From: Sporopachydermia quercuum
Lineage: Eukaryota
DNA: 64,000 bases
Reading direction: 5' to 3'
NCBI GenBank assembly: GCA_001599295.1
Contig: BCGN01000008.1
Coordinates: forward strand, 496,001 to 560,000
Shown: one piece after another, positions 45,281 through 56,325 of the stretch
How the letters are laid out: each line of letters begins with the position of its first letter
Numbering within the stretch: position 1 is the first letter of the stretch
Program-made: the position numbers and the translations under genes
Notes under the pieces: model-generated
What the model saw: only the letters and a program-made list of their open reading frames with translations
Database searches by the model: none
What the model was told of the DNA's origin: nothing

Positions 45281-48016
45281 ATGAAAAGGAATCCTTACGA
45301 TACGTCAGAGAAATGCGTCGACAAATCAACCAGCCTAAAACCAACTATATCTCATATTTATAGATACAATAATGACCGTACCGATAAGAATATCAACTTT
45401 AGAAACCCTGAGTATTTAGATGATATTGAAGATGGACTCACTTCCTGTTTATTTCGAACATACTCTGATTCTGAGACAACAAGTTTTGATCCAAACACGG
45501 GCCATCGATTGTTCGATGATTGGAAACATAGAAATCATAATTCCTCTTATCCATTATTGACTCACCTCAATTCAACAATTGATACACCTAAAATTAGTCA
45601 TGAAACAGTATCAAGGACGATAGAGCCCAGTAAAAATGTTGATAAATCAACTGTTCTGCTTGGCAAATTGATGTGTGATAATTCAAGGAATGATAGCGAA
45701 ACAACATTAAAACCGATTCTTTCATCTGGTAGTAGCAGCTACAATTTTGTAAGTTCTAGATTGCATTCAGCTTCTCCTGAGCGCAAGGAAAGCCTGAATG
45801 TACCAAAGCTCAGGGCAAATAGGGAGATCGATATTAAACATACAACATTGAGTTCAAATGATAGTGGTAGTTCTGAATGTATTGGAAGCATACCAAGGGA
45901 AAAAGCCTTCCACGTCAGCTCCAAGCATATACCTTTGCACCTCAATACTAGGGAGTCTCATGTTAATGCTGTGCTACTTGATGGCGTAGCTGATGAATAT
46001 ATTCCCGATTTTGATTTTGCTTCACTTGTTGAGAAGAGTGAGTTAACAAACGTCGATAGTCCCACATCTATTTTACCATGTACAAGCAATTCTTTAGAGC
46101 TTGGTTTCAAAACATTGGTCTCCAAAACTGACAGTTATAAGAAGAATGAGAAAAAAATTCAAAGTAATTTCAATGTCAGTGTTCCTAAAACCATTTCAAC
46201 CAGTACACCACTTTCTTCCAATAATCAAGCTAGCTTGGAAAGTACTCCAGTCCAATTTCGCCGTCGAAAACCGCAGTCAAGGGCAAGCAGTAGCTCTCTT
46301 GTAGCAGAACTAATTCAGGAACAAATTCAGGCAGGTATACTACCTGAAAATTTCACCTCTCTACCATTTTCTGTAAGACGAAAATTATTAGCGTCAATTC
46401 AAACGAATTTTCCTGAATCACCTTCAGGAGTATCTTCACCTGTTTATTCCCCTTTCTCAAGTAATGTAAGAGTCGCAGACTCTTATGGCCAACATGTTGC
46501 CCTATCGAGAGTTAATTCCAAACTTACAGTTGGAAATGGGAGTAATGTTGGTAGATCTTCCTCAGTATCAAATGGTTCCATTCCAAATTCTTATACCAAT
46601 CTACTTTCAAGACATGGCAGCATCCAAGATAGTGGTGAATCACCAGCAAGTAGGTTTCTAACTCAGTTCGTTCGTCCTGTTTGTTCTCCTGATGATGAAG
46701 GTCAAATTATTGACGATAAATACACCATTGGGTGTACAATAGGTTATGGTGCATTTGGAACAGTAAAAGAAGCTTATTGTTATGATGATGATGGTCAAAG
46801 AGTTGTCCAAGCTGTGAAAATTATTAAAATGCCAACTCTGAGTCGGAACAATAGCTCATCTACTTCCCGTAGACAAAGTTATATTTCTGAGGGTTGTGTA
46901 TCTAATGAGATCTCAACTGATATTGATAATGGCAACTCCGAAAACCGCTATTCCGCTCATGGACTGCATAATCGACATGAAGGTTATCTAGGCAGTAATG
47001 ATGATGATAATAATAATAGTAATAATAAAAATAAAAAGATCGATGCTAATAATGATGATACTGACGATGATGAGAATGAAGAAGATGACGATATGAAGGC
47101 ACTTAGAGAATTGAAAGCCCAAGTAAGAAAAGAAGTAGAAATTTGGAAACAATTAGATCATCCAAATATATTGAAATTAATTACTTACAAGGAAACAGAC
47201 AACGCTTTATTCTGTATAAGTGAAAGGGTTTATGGGGGATCATTATACGACATAGTCAAGTCACATTGGAAAGAAGGATTAAATATTTCGTCGGTGAAGA
47301 AATATTTCTTTGAGCTTTGTGAAGCGTTGAAATATTTGCATAAAACAATGAGAATTGTTCATCGCGATATAAAATTGGAAAACTGTTTACTTCGGGAAAT
47401 CCAGAATGAGAAAGGAAANGAATGGACAGTTTTATTATGTGATTTCGGTATGGCTGAAAGAATTCCAAGAGTTTCTTCAAACTATTTGAAGATTGCCTTC
47501 CCTACAGCAAAGGATATACCCAATAACAATTCGAGCGCCACAAAGGAACTAAATAGTTCAGAGAAAAAGCGAAAATTCTGGATTGGTAATGGGAGGGGAA
47601 TAAGTGAGGTCAGAAAAAAACACAACTATGGGCCCTCTGTCACTTCAATGAATTTATTGAAGAATTATACAAATACTAATGGGATTGGATCACTACCATA
47701 TGCCTCCCCAGAACTACTTGAAGCTGCTGTTGCCATTATTCATCCTTGTATTGATATATGGGCCTTAGGTGTGTTATTATATGCAATGCTTGTCGGAGAA
47801 TTGCCATTTCAGCATGGTTTCGAACCAAGGCTTAAGGCTATGATTATAAAGGGAGTTTACGATAAAACAGCAGTGCGTGAGATCGGCGAAAAATCCTGGG
47901 GGAAGGATTTTCAGAATGTGGTAGATGTTTTAGATGGGTGTTTATGTAAGGATTTGGAGAAACGATGGGACATCGTGAGGATATTGGAAAGTCATTGGCT
48001 TAAGGATTTGCATTAA
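45281..48016 (+). CDS. NNK1: Ser/Thr protein kinase, Nnk1-like
   Basis: GYGAFG, AVKII, HRDIKLEN, DFG and GSLPYASPE with long inserts; EYIPDFDF in the N-terminal region. Follows SNU114-EBP2, as NNK1 does in S. cerevisiae. Confidence 0.8.
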   Translation: MKRNPYDTSEKCVDKSTSLKPTISHIYRYNNDRTDKNINFRNPEYLDDIEDGLTSCLFRTYSDSETTSFDPNTGHRLFDDWKHRNHNSSYPLLTHLNSTIDTPKISHETVSRTIEPSKNVDKSTVLLGKLMCDNSRNDSETTLKPILSSGSSSYNFVSSRLHSASPERKESLNVPKLRANREIDIKHTTLSSNDSGSSECIGSIPREKAFHVSSKHIPLHLNTRESHVNAVLLDGVADEYIPDFDFASLVEKSELTNVDSPTSILPCTSNSLELGFKTLVSKTDSYKKNEKKIQSNFNVSVPKTISTSTPLSSNNQASLESTPVQFRRRKPQSRASSSSLVAELIQEQIQAGILPENFTSLPFSVRRKLLASIQTNFPESPSGVSSPVYSPFSSNVRVADSYGQHVALSRVNSKLTVGNGSNVGRSSSVSNGSIPNSYTNLLSRHGSIQDSGESPASRFLTQFVRPVCSPDDEGQIIDDKYTIGCTIGYGAFGTVKEAYCYDDDGQRVVQAVKIIKMPTLSRNNSSSTSRRQSYISEGCVSNEISTDIDNGNSENRYSAHGLHNRHEGYLGSNDDDNNNSNNKNKKIDANNDDTDDDENEEDDDMKALRELKAQVRKEVEIWKQLDHPNILKLITYKETDNALFCISERVYGGSLYDIVKSHWKEGLNISSVKKYFFELCEALKYLHKTMRIVHRDIKLENCLLREIQNEKGXEWTVLLCDFGMAERIPRVSSNYLKIAFPTAKDIPNNNSSATKELNSSEKKRKFWIGNGRGISEVRKKHNYGPSVTSMNLLKNYTNTNGIGSLPYASPELLEAAVAIIHPCIDIWALGVLLYAMLVGELPFQHGFEPRLKAMIIKGVYDKTAVREIGEKSWGKDFQNVVDVLDGCLCKDLEKRWDIVRILESHWLKDLH

Positions 48017-49052
48017 TATTGGCTATTGCAATAGGTGGTATGAACTTTGAGGGATTCTATGTGTTGATTACTTTACTTTATCTTTTCTATTTTTTCATTT
48101 ATGAATTTAATGAGTTATGTTGTTTTTATGTACATTAACGTACTTGTATAATACTTTTAATCTGATGTACTCTTGGGGTGATGATGATCTTGGTTTGCTC
48201 TTCTCAATCTATATGGCGAAAGCGATGAAATAGACTTCTATCTAAAGTTGTACTTGAAAGATCTTTATATAATTTGAATGGTGCGTATTACCTCGATGGA
48301 TCTGAATTGAGAAATTTTCAGTCATTAGAAACATCTATCTCGTTTTTTCGTTCTCTCGTTCTTTATTCTTCTATTCCATTCATCCCATCCCATTCATTCC
48401 ATCTTATCAGCAAGCAGATTCATCAAGTATTAGATTACTTTCTCATAAAATTTCCTCTAAATATTGATTATGTAATCAATATTTAATAAGGTTAAACTAT
48501 CCGTTTTATGCATCTCCTGCATTAAGGTCCTACAGAGTTTTCAACCGTACATAATCGCACATTAATTTTCACTTACCCAAAACATAAGTAATAAGCGATT
48601 GAGAAAGATTAAATTATCTACCTTATTATCTATTCAAACTACCTTTTTCTAATATAAACAGACTTTCATTGTTCCCTTTTGAATCTCCGACTCCACATGA
48701 GATTGATAAGAAACTTTACAGTAAACGTTGTTTATTCCACTAATAATCTTTTCAATTTGATATACGTTGCTGATTGTTCTATTGTTTCACCATCTTGACC
48801 CATTGGCATTCTATCCTCTTTCTCACAATACTACTACTCCTTGGAGCAATATACGTAACTATTAATACCTATTGTGATTGAGTTACCAAGCTAACGAGCT
48901 CTAAGCATTGTTATTATTAGTTTTTGGTGGTAGTAGTAATAGTTCATTAGTGAAATGAAAGCCCCTTCCTCAAGAGAGAATGTATTTCAAAATAGATTAT
49001 CTAACAAGTCTCACGAGAATACTAATACAATAAATAAGCATATTCAAACAGA

Positions 49053-51776
49053 ATGTTTGTTACATTTGATTTCTCTCACGGAGACAAGCCTCCAACTATT
49101 AAACACAACCAAGATGTGAAAAGTGAACCAGGGAATACGTCAGGGATATCATTTTCAGGTCTTCGTAAAAGATCAAGACTTGGTTGTAAGAACTGCAAGC
49201 TTAGGAAAAGAAGATGTGATGAACAGAAGCCAGTTTGCTCTTCTTGTATCAGATTGAACAAATTATGTGAATATCCTGAACATCCTGCTGGACATAAAAA
49301 AATCAGAAAAGAGGATGACGACACCGAAAATGACGATAGTCAGATTCACACCAATGAGAGCCTTACAATAAAAGTTGAAAGCGCTACACATAATAGTAGT
49401 ATTCATAATAATCATGCAAATATTATTAACAAGAGCAATAATAATGAAAATCAGAACAAAAATTCATCACTAAACACTAAAGATCATACTAGTCGCTTAG
49501 CATTAGCAAATAGTCCAGTAAATACATCATCACCAAAGACCCAACTTTCATATTTGTTATCTCCTTCTCAAAACGCAACTGAACCTGATGACAAGCAAAT
49601 GTCGGACACTTTACTCCGGTCACTGTCTCCTTTCACTGAATACATTTCGACAATCATGAAATCAAATGATCCTTTCAATTCTCCAGAAGGTTTGTTTTTC
49701 CCTTCCAGACCTGAGTCTCCTTCTCTGGATAGAATTGAATCAGTGGATCAAGAGACGGCTCGAATAAGGGAAACATCGAATAATCAATCAAATGATACCA
49801 GTTTAACTGTCCTGACTCCATCCAATAATTTTCATACGAATTTGAATCCTAGTACTGGCCATATTACTGAACTTGATCTTAACTCCGAAGAACCGTACTT
49901 ACAAGAAATGGAAAATCAATTTGCTATAATGAGTGCCTCTCCCTTACCAAGTTTCTCACCATCAACATTAGTTCATTTGGACCACGATGGTATGTTTCTA
50001 TTTCAGTATTATTGTGAGAAAGTTGCTATGGATATTTCTATTGTTCCAGTAGAAAAAAATCAGTTCCTTAAGACTTTCCTCCCGTTAGCAGATCAAGGAG
50101 TTTCTGTTCTTTACGCCTTAGTTTCCTGGGGTGCCTATAACTGTGGTGGCCGTTATGACGAGAAAGGAAGAGAATATTTCCATAAAGCTTTAAAATCTGT
50201 CCGTGACGATGATAAAAAGCATGCTGAAAGATCTGAAAATATGGTTGTATCTAGAAATGAAGAGTATTCGAGAAATATCCAAAAACTGGCGACCTATTTG
50301 ATTCTCGTTGGACTTGATATCTATAGAGGAGATGTTAGAAGATGGGCAAGATCATTCCCACAGGCAGCTCGAATAGTTAAAGAACTTGGAGGAATCAAAA
50401 ACATGAAAAATGACCCAATTTCAAGGTTCCTGGCTAATAATTTCACATATCATGACGTTCTTGCTTCCAGTATATCTGAAAGAGGTCCTTATAACGAGTA
50501 CAGTCAATGGTATCAACAAGATAAGAAAAGGTCGAAACGAAAGAGAAGATTTAGAGGGAATAGTACTAGTAGCAGTAGCAGTATTCTCACATCTACTAGT
50601 AGTAACAGTAGCACTAGTACTACCAGTACTAGCAATAGTAGTGCTGAAGCTGTTGCCGATGTATTCAACTCTTCTCTTCTAAAAACTGAAAAATATCAAA
50701 CCATTGGAAAATCAGATATATCCAATTCCAACCCTTCTAAGAGAAAAAATGGAAGCGGACTTAATGGTTCGTCTATGAATGATCTTATTGTAGAGTTGCC
50801 ACTGGACGAAGAAGCTTTGACGGGATTGAAGCCCGTTGGTAAAAATAGCTGCTATGATTATGATGAAGCTGTTGAATATGACTTTGATATCGATGATATC
50901 GACAACCCAGATGATCATAATGATGATGCTGGTATTGAAGATAATGATGATCTTGAAGATGGAACTGATGTTGATGAAGGTTTAGATGCTTTGCTAGGTT
51001 TAACAAAACCTTTATTCATTTTATTATCTGAAGTCTCAAAACTAGCTTTACAGAGTAAACGTATATTAGGGCAATTGAATCATCATAAACAAGCACTCCG
51101 AACCGATGATCAGTTCTATGATGATGATTTACCTTGGGAGTTAGAGTATGAATCTGGTGATAACAAGAATAGCAATACTAGTAATAGTATCAACAACAAT
51201 TGTCATAGTACGGATTCCTCAGATAACAATTCTTTGTCAAATAGTCATCTTAATTTCAATGAGCTTGAAGTTTTACAGTTAGAGTTGGAGAAAATACTAC
51301 TGCAAGGTAAAAGTTTAGAGAAACAAATTGATCAAGCTACGCCTTCAGCAAGAGATATTATAGCGCTTGCATCGCAACGGAAAGAATTAGAACTTCAATT
51401 AACATTATTTGAATTGATGCAAATAACAGTGAAAGTTCATTTACTACAATCGATCTATCAAATGAACCCATCATCGCTGCAAATTCAATTACTAATAACT
51501 AGATTATTCAAAAGTCTAAATATGTTAATTGGATCCCCAGCAAAGAGTGCATTATGTTTTCCCTTATTTATATGTGGAATAAATTGTGTTCACAGGTCTC
51601 AGAAGAGAGAGATTCTTAGATTGTTTAGAATCATTACTGATACTTATGATGGAAGAAATGTCCAAAGAGCAAAAATAATAATGAAAGAAGTTTGGTTGAT
51701 TGATCCTTTGGGAAGTAAATATGTTGATTGGTATAATATAATCAAGAAGTTTGGCTGGGATCTGAATTTTGCATAG
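49053..51776 (+). CDS. Zn(II)2Cys6 transcription factor with fungal-specific C-terminal domain
   Basis: RSRLGCKNCKLRKRRCDEQKPVCSSCIRLNKLCEY; FTYHDVL, LCFPLFICG and EVW..VDW blocks; Ser/Thr and acidic low-complexity inserts. Confidence 0.9.
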   Translation: MFVTFDFSHGDKPPTIKHNQDVKSEPGNTSGISFSGLRKRSRLGCKNCKLRKRRCDEQKPVCSSCIRLNKLCEYPEHPAGHKKIRKEDDDTENDDSQIHTNESLTIKVESATHNSSIHNNHANIINKSNNNENQNKNSSLNTKDHTSRLALANSPVNTSSPKTQLSYLLSPSQNATEPDDKQMSDTLLRSLSPFTEYISTIMKSNDPFNSPEGLFFPSRPESPSLDRIESVDQETARIRETSNNQSNDTSLTVLTPSNNFHTNLNPSTGHITELDLNSEEPYLQEMENQFAIMSASPLPSFSPSTLVHLDHDGMFLFQYYCEKVAMDISIVPVEKNQFLKTFLPLADQGVSVLYALVSWGAYNCGGRYDEKGREYFHKALKSVRDDDKKHAERSENMVVSRNEEYSRNIQKLATYLILVGLDIYRGDVRRWARSFPQAARIVKELGGIKNMKNDPISRFLANNFTYHDVLASSISERGPYNEYSQWYQQDKKRSKRKRRFRGNSTSSSSSILTSTSSNSSTSTTSTSNSSAEAVADVFNSSLLKTEKYQTIGKSDISNSNPSKRKNGSGLNGSSMNDLIVELPLDEEALTGLKPVGKNSCYDYDEAVEYDFDIDDIDNPDDHNDDAGIEDNDDLEDGTDVDEGLDALLGLTKPLFILLSEVSKLALQSKRILGQLNHHKQALRTDDQFYDDDLPWELEYESGDNKNSNTSNSINNNCHSTDSSDNNSLSNSHLNFNELEVLQLELEKILLQGKSLEKQIDQATPSARDIIALASQRKELELQLTLFELMQITVKVHLLQSIYQMNPSSLQIQLLITRLFKSLNMLIGSPAKSALCFPLFICGINCVHRSQKREILRLFRIITDTYDGRNVQRAKIIMKEVWLIDPLGSKYVDWYNIIKKFGWDLNFA

Positions 51777-52453
51777 AATGAGTAAAAAGGAACAATTAGG
51801 GTGAGAGGTTATAGAACTTAAAAGTATAGAGTAACTAGCTACTGATAATTATCTGGTTTATCTCCTTACTGGCTCGAGTTGTGGCTAAAAATAACAGGTT
51901 CAAACACATAATAAATAAGTGTTTGATTAAGCAAACAAAAAATGACTAAATAAATAAATAAGTAAAGCGATATTACTAATGCAAGACAACAATATATTCA
52001 CACGAATGATGTGGGAGAAGGTCATCACTTGGATGATAGATGGTTGATATAGACTGTAATAATCTAATNATTCTTTTAGTAATTGTCAATTTGGTTTTGA
52101 TGCTTCGAGTTGTTAGTTGTCCCTGTATGGCTAAGGAGTCATACAAGAAAATCAGTAGAATTAAACAGGTAGTATATCGTCCGCAGATAGTTAGCAATGT
52201 TGCTCCATACTACCAGCAGCCACTAATAGATGTTGAGAGGAAGAAATACTTAGCCATTTGAGAAATCTAATCAATTGACTTNAATTAATCCTATACTTTT
52301 CAACGCAGCAAAACTGGAAACCACATAAGTCAAAAGATGTAAACCATGTAACCGAACAGAATGTACATATCCAAATTTCTAGAATCACAACCTAATTCAT
52401 ATCATTATTTATCATCAAGTTCACATCATTATAATCTTCCAATAAGCTTCATA

Positions 52454-53632
52454 TCACAGCTTCTCTCCATTCTGCAGTTGTAGATGCCTCCATTCATCAA
52501 CACCTTTATGACTTAGCTGTTTGAGAACAAATGACATTCCTTTGATAGAATTGAAAAAGTTATCATTAAATCTGTTATGTGACCAGTTTTCAATTCTATC
52601 TCTTAAATTCAAGTTCTTGTATAAATGGTTGTTCTTACCAAAGTTTGATGAAAAAATCACTTGAAATTTAGCTTTGGTTCTACCACCATTATCGACATAA
52701 CGACCGTATTCTTCAACCTGTATTATACGAGTATGTTCCATATTTCTAGTGTAAGTTAACATTTCTTTCTTTATTGGGTCGATGATCGATTTCTCTACAA
52801 CATAGCTATGAGAAATCTTTCCTAAAAAAGGTTTTGCCCATGATGGCAATTTGCCTTCTTTCCTTATTAGTCTTGTAGTATGCAAACGACCTTCATTATC
52901 GATATGGCGGCTTATAGTATCAGCTGATAAAACATGTGAGGCAAATGGGTTTGGATATCTATTTATATATCCAAGAGAGACTGTTGGAAATGAAAATCTA
53001 AAAGAAAAAGGTTAGTGATTCGAGAGCTGGAAGAGAGGCTTGTCGTCATTTGATATAGAATATGACTTGATCATTAGAGATTGAAAACAATGGATGATAC
53101 ATATGAAAATTGACCGGCTTTTCATTTTTGAACTGCAATTGGATTTGATTTCAAACTGTCTGATCTGTCCAATGAAAATGTTTCCGTTTAAACATCATCA
53201 TTCAAATAGCTTTGAACAGAGATATTGTGCCAAACTAAAAACACTGCTACATTCCCTCGTAAGAAAAATCCATTTCCATCAGAATCACGTTGATCTCTTC
53301 CCTAGCTTCATATTTATCGATGAAATATGATAACATATGCCCGTTTTCAATCTTAGTATATAGTTCATTGCCCTATTCCTCACATTATCAGCACATAGGG
53401 TAATGAACTCGGTCCAGAGGATACTTCAATGAAAATACAATGCAAATTTAGTAGCGAAGCATTACCGTAACATCCTATCATCAAAATTAACAGATGAATT
53501 TGAAACCTCACTTCAATTCATACATTGCCATTCAATAATTTCCATTCATCAACAAACTNACAACTCATTTTCATCTATGCAAGCAAAATCAACTTACTCA
53601 TAGTTATGAGATTTATTGTAATACAGAACCAT
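52454..53632 (-). CDS. UPS1: PRELI/Ups-family mitochondrial lipid transfer protein (2 exons, 192 aa)
   Basis: Exons 53632-53598 and 52997-52454; 600-nt intron 53597-52998 (GTAAGT..CACTAAC..TAG). Spliced protein MVLYYNKSHNYEFSFPTVSLGYINRYPNPFASHVLSADTISRH..GRLHTTRLIRK.GKLPSW. Confidence 0.93.
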
Positions 53633-54073
53633 TGTGTCTACCTAACAATCTGTCCTTTCCTTTACTAGCCTTGATTTGGCACGGCTCCAGACAATTAAAT
53701 GTCAATCCTATTCCCACTATTTGTCAACAAAAGCTGAAATAGTTCAACTGTACTACTAGAGTTGTACAATTCTTTTCTTCCCACAACCGTCTATTAATTC
53801 TCTCTGTAAGTCACAAAGCTGTTCTCCTCTCTACCTTCACAATAAGATTCTTTCTCTAACTCCTGAGATCCTATTCACTTTTATATCTAACTGACACCCC
53901 AGTTAGATGTTATATAATTAATGTCCAACTACAAAATAACTGAATAATAAATGAACCAAGTATTCATAATCCCTTTCAGTCTCATCAGATGATTGCAATT
54001 ATCAAATGATATCGAAATAAATTTCATTACATAATAAAGCAATGGAGATAAATCTTGAATGGGGAAGAAATCA

Positions 54074-54080
54074 TTACCCG
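54074..54080 (-). promoter_or_regulatory. Reb1-type site TTACCCG upstream of UPS1
   Basis: Exact TTACCCGG in the intergenic region. Confidence 0.45.
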
Positions 54081-54807
54081 GAATATCTCATCGGATATAA
54101 GCGGAGCTAAAGAAATTGGAAGAGTGGAGACGAAATGAAAGATGTGATATGGGACAGTTCAGTAAAGGCAAGGTCAACTTGGAACGAGACGTGATGATGG
54201 GCGAGAGAAAATAGAGAGATGAGAAAAAGTTGCTATAGGGGTTCATTCTATGATATTGTGTGGGTATGTTGGTGGTGTATTGGGAATGAATTGTTGAAAT
54301 TGGTCTTGAAGGAAGTAAAAAGTAAAAGTGGGTGGAAAGTGGAAAGAAGAAATTCTGACATACGAAGGGTAACCTATTTGGAAACTTGGTTGCAATTCCA
54401 CTTCTGCAAGTCATTGGTTGAGGTGACAACAAATGAATGGAACAAAGAGGAGGTGAAGAAATAATGAACAATGTAGATAGTAAAGAAAAAACCTCATTCG
54501 AAAAGAATACTGCCCAGAAGAAACTTATATTGTTCTTCAATAGCATCGGAACCATACTCTACACTCAACAGCTGATCTACTCTTCATACGGTTTGTCAGT
54601 CATTTACTTATGCATAATCTAGAGTGCTTAAATTTTTCATTAACTTCAAAGCAATCATTGTACATCAGTAAGTAATCCGTGAATTGCATATATCGTAAAA
54701 TACATATTTAGATCTGTTCAATGTTCATGTGATCCGACTAACGTATCATAATACTTACATTGCTACCAAAGCATTCTTTTGATTAGTTGGAAACATTTAA
54801 GTCCCTT

Positions 54808-55923
54808 TTATTGCAATATTGTTCCCAACGCGTTTCTATTGGCACAATTTTTACTTCGTTTCCTCCTACCTTTAAACATTTGTTCACTAACTGGTTCTAC
54901 TGTCCTTTCCGAACCAATTATTTGGTCAGGAAGATCAGAAGATATTGATTTATCTTGTCTGGCGAAGTCTGGGTGATCATCAGTTTCAATATCGCCAGCA
55001 ATCCCACTAGTAGAACTAGTACTACTTTCATGACTAGTATCATTAGGAGTATTTTGAGGGCTCTCGTTGTCATCCCTTGGTGCCTCTACGTTCAGACTTT
55101 GAACAAATTCCATCAATTGTGTTTCATAATCTTCATCATTCATCTTATTCGTATCAGGTGTTTCTCCATTATGACCGAGTTGATCAAATATGTTCAATAT
55201 TGCTGTTGATAAATCTGAATTCAGCTCACCTGATTGAGAATCTCGTTCGTATAGCGTTCGAAATCCTGTCAATATCACGTTGGGCTTGATCAAATCATAT
55301 CTCAAAGCTATAGCCACACATCGTTGGAACAATCTCAGTTCTAATTCAATTGACCAGAAAACATTCTTATGAACATACCAAACGTGATTCAAAAAACTCA
55401 GGAATCTTCTGAGAAAAGTCGATAACGTTCGTATATTAATAGATTCAGATGATAGTAATTCCATACCATAGTCCATAAGATGAAATGCGTACTCCATGGC
55501 ACTACATTGGCGAGGATGATTGTGAAAAGTGCATAGAATAGTTTCTTCTTTGATTACCTTATCATTGTTTTCCATAGTTTTACTGCCACCATATTTTCCA
55601 ATCATGTTTCTATCGGTAATCTGTGTTAATGCAGAGCATGTGCATATTGATACACTTGGGTTGTCTCCTGATATTAAAGAAACTATCATAATATTAGCAT
55701 CTATCACTAATTTCTTAATGTTCCCTATGCACCATTGTAATGGGAAATTATCAGAATTTTCGTTACTTTTCGCTATGTCACAGTTGAGAAACGGTGGGGC
55801 TGTTATTAGAAGATCTATTGGTGCTGAATATGTAACTAGGAATGATAGATATCTTTGAATTTGATACGATGAGTCTAATGAGCCTAGAAAACTCGTAGTA
55901 TCTTGAAAGGAGAAACTATCCAT
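54808..55923 (-). CDS. Divergent phocein/MOB4 (fungal MOB3)-like protein
   Basis: LDSSYQIQRYL, LCTFHNHPRQCSAMEYAFHLMD and LRRFLSFLNHVWYVHKNVFWSIE.E..LFQR..RYDLI align by eye with phocein blocks ([36 protein letters not shown]). Confidence 0.8.
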   Translation of the reverse strand: MDSFSFQDTTSFLGSLDSSYQIQRYLSFLVTYSAPIDLLITAPPFLNCDIAKSNENSDNFPLQWCIGNIKKLVIDANIMIVSLISGDNPSVSICTCSALTQITDRNMIGKYGGSKTMENNDKVIKEETILCTFHNHPRQCSAMEYAFHLMDYGMELLSSESINIRTLSTFLRRFLSFLNHVWYVHKNVFWSIELELRLFQRCVAIALRYDLIKPNVILTGFRTLYERDSQSGELNSDLSTAILNIFDQLGHNGETPDTNKMNDEDYETQLMEFVQSLNVEAPRDDNESPQNTPNDTSHESSTSSTSGIAGDIETDDHPDFARQDKSISSDLPDQIIGSERTVEPVSEQMFKGRRKRSKNCANRNALGTILQ

Positions 55924-56291
55924 ACTTTTATTTTAATATTGATGTGAAAATTGATTATTCGTCAAAAATATGTTGATTATTAACCATCAAGTCCACGATC
56001 TTACTGCAAACCTTGTCGTTCAGTGAATATCAAATTATCGATCTCATGAATAGACAACACAAGTAGTTGAACTGTTTGATCGATTGATTCTAATGATTAG
56101 ATGTAATACTATCATTATTGAATTGACCCGCTATATCGAAACCTCAGTCAGTTTCAATCTACTGTTTCCTATAACTACAAATGTTGATGAGGCCATATGA
56201 GGTAAAATCCACAAGTTGTTGATTATGATAATATGAGACACGAATTTCAAGCCCTGGAAAAGCATGTAAATCCATACAACTGGTTCTATTA

Positions 56292-56325
56292 TAGATACAC
56301 GAGACGTAGAATAAGACGTAGAATA
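56292..56325 (+). repeat. 12-bp direct tandem duplication AGACGTAGAATA x2
   Basis: AGACGTAGAATA AGACGTAGAATA at about 56302-56325, read directly. Confidence 0.6.

Noticed and set aside
54088..54555. 155-aa minus-strand ORF
   Set aside because: Arises from a purine/pyrimidine-skewed intergenic tract; Phe/Ser/Leu-biased with no domain.
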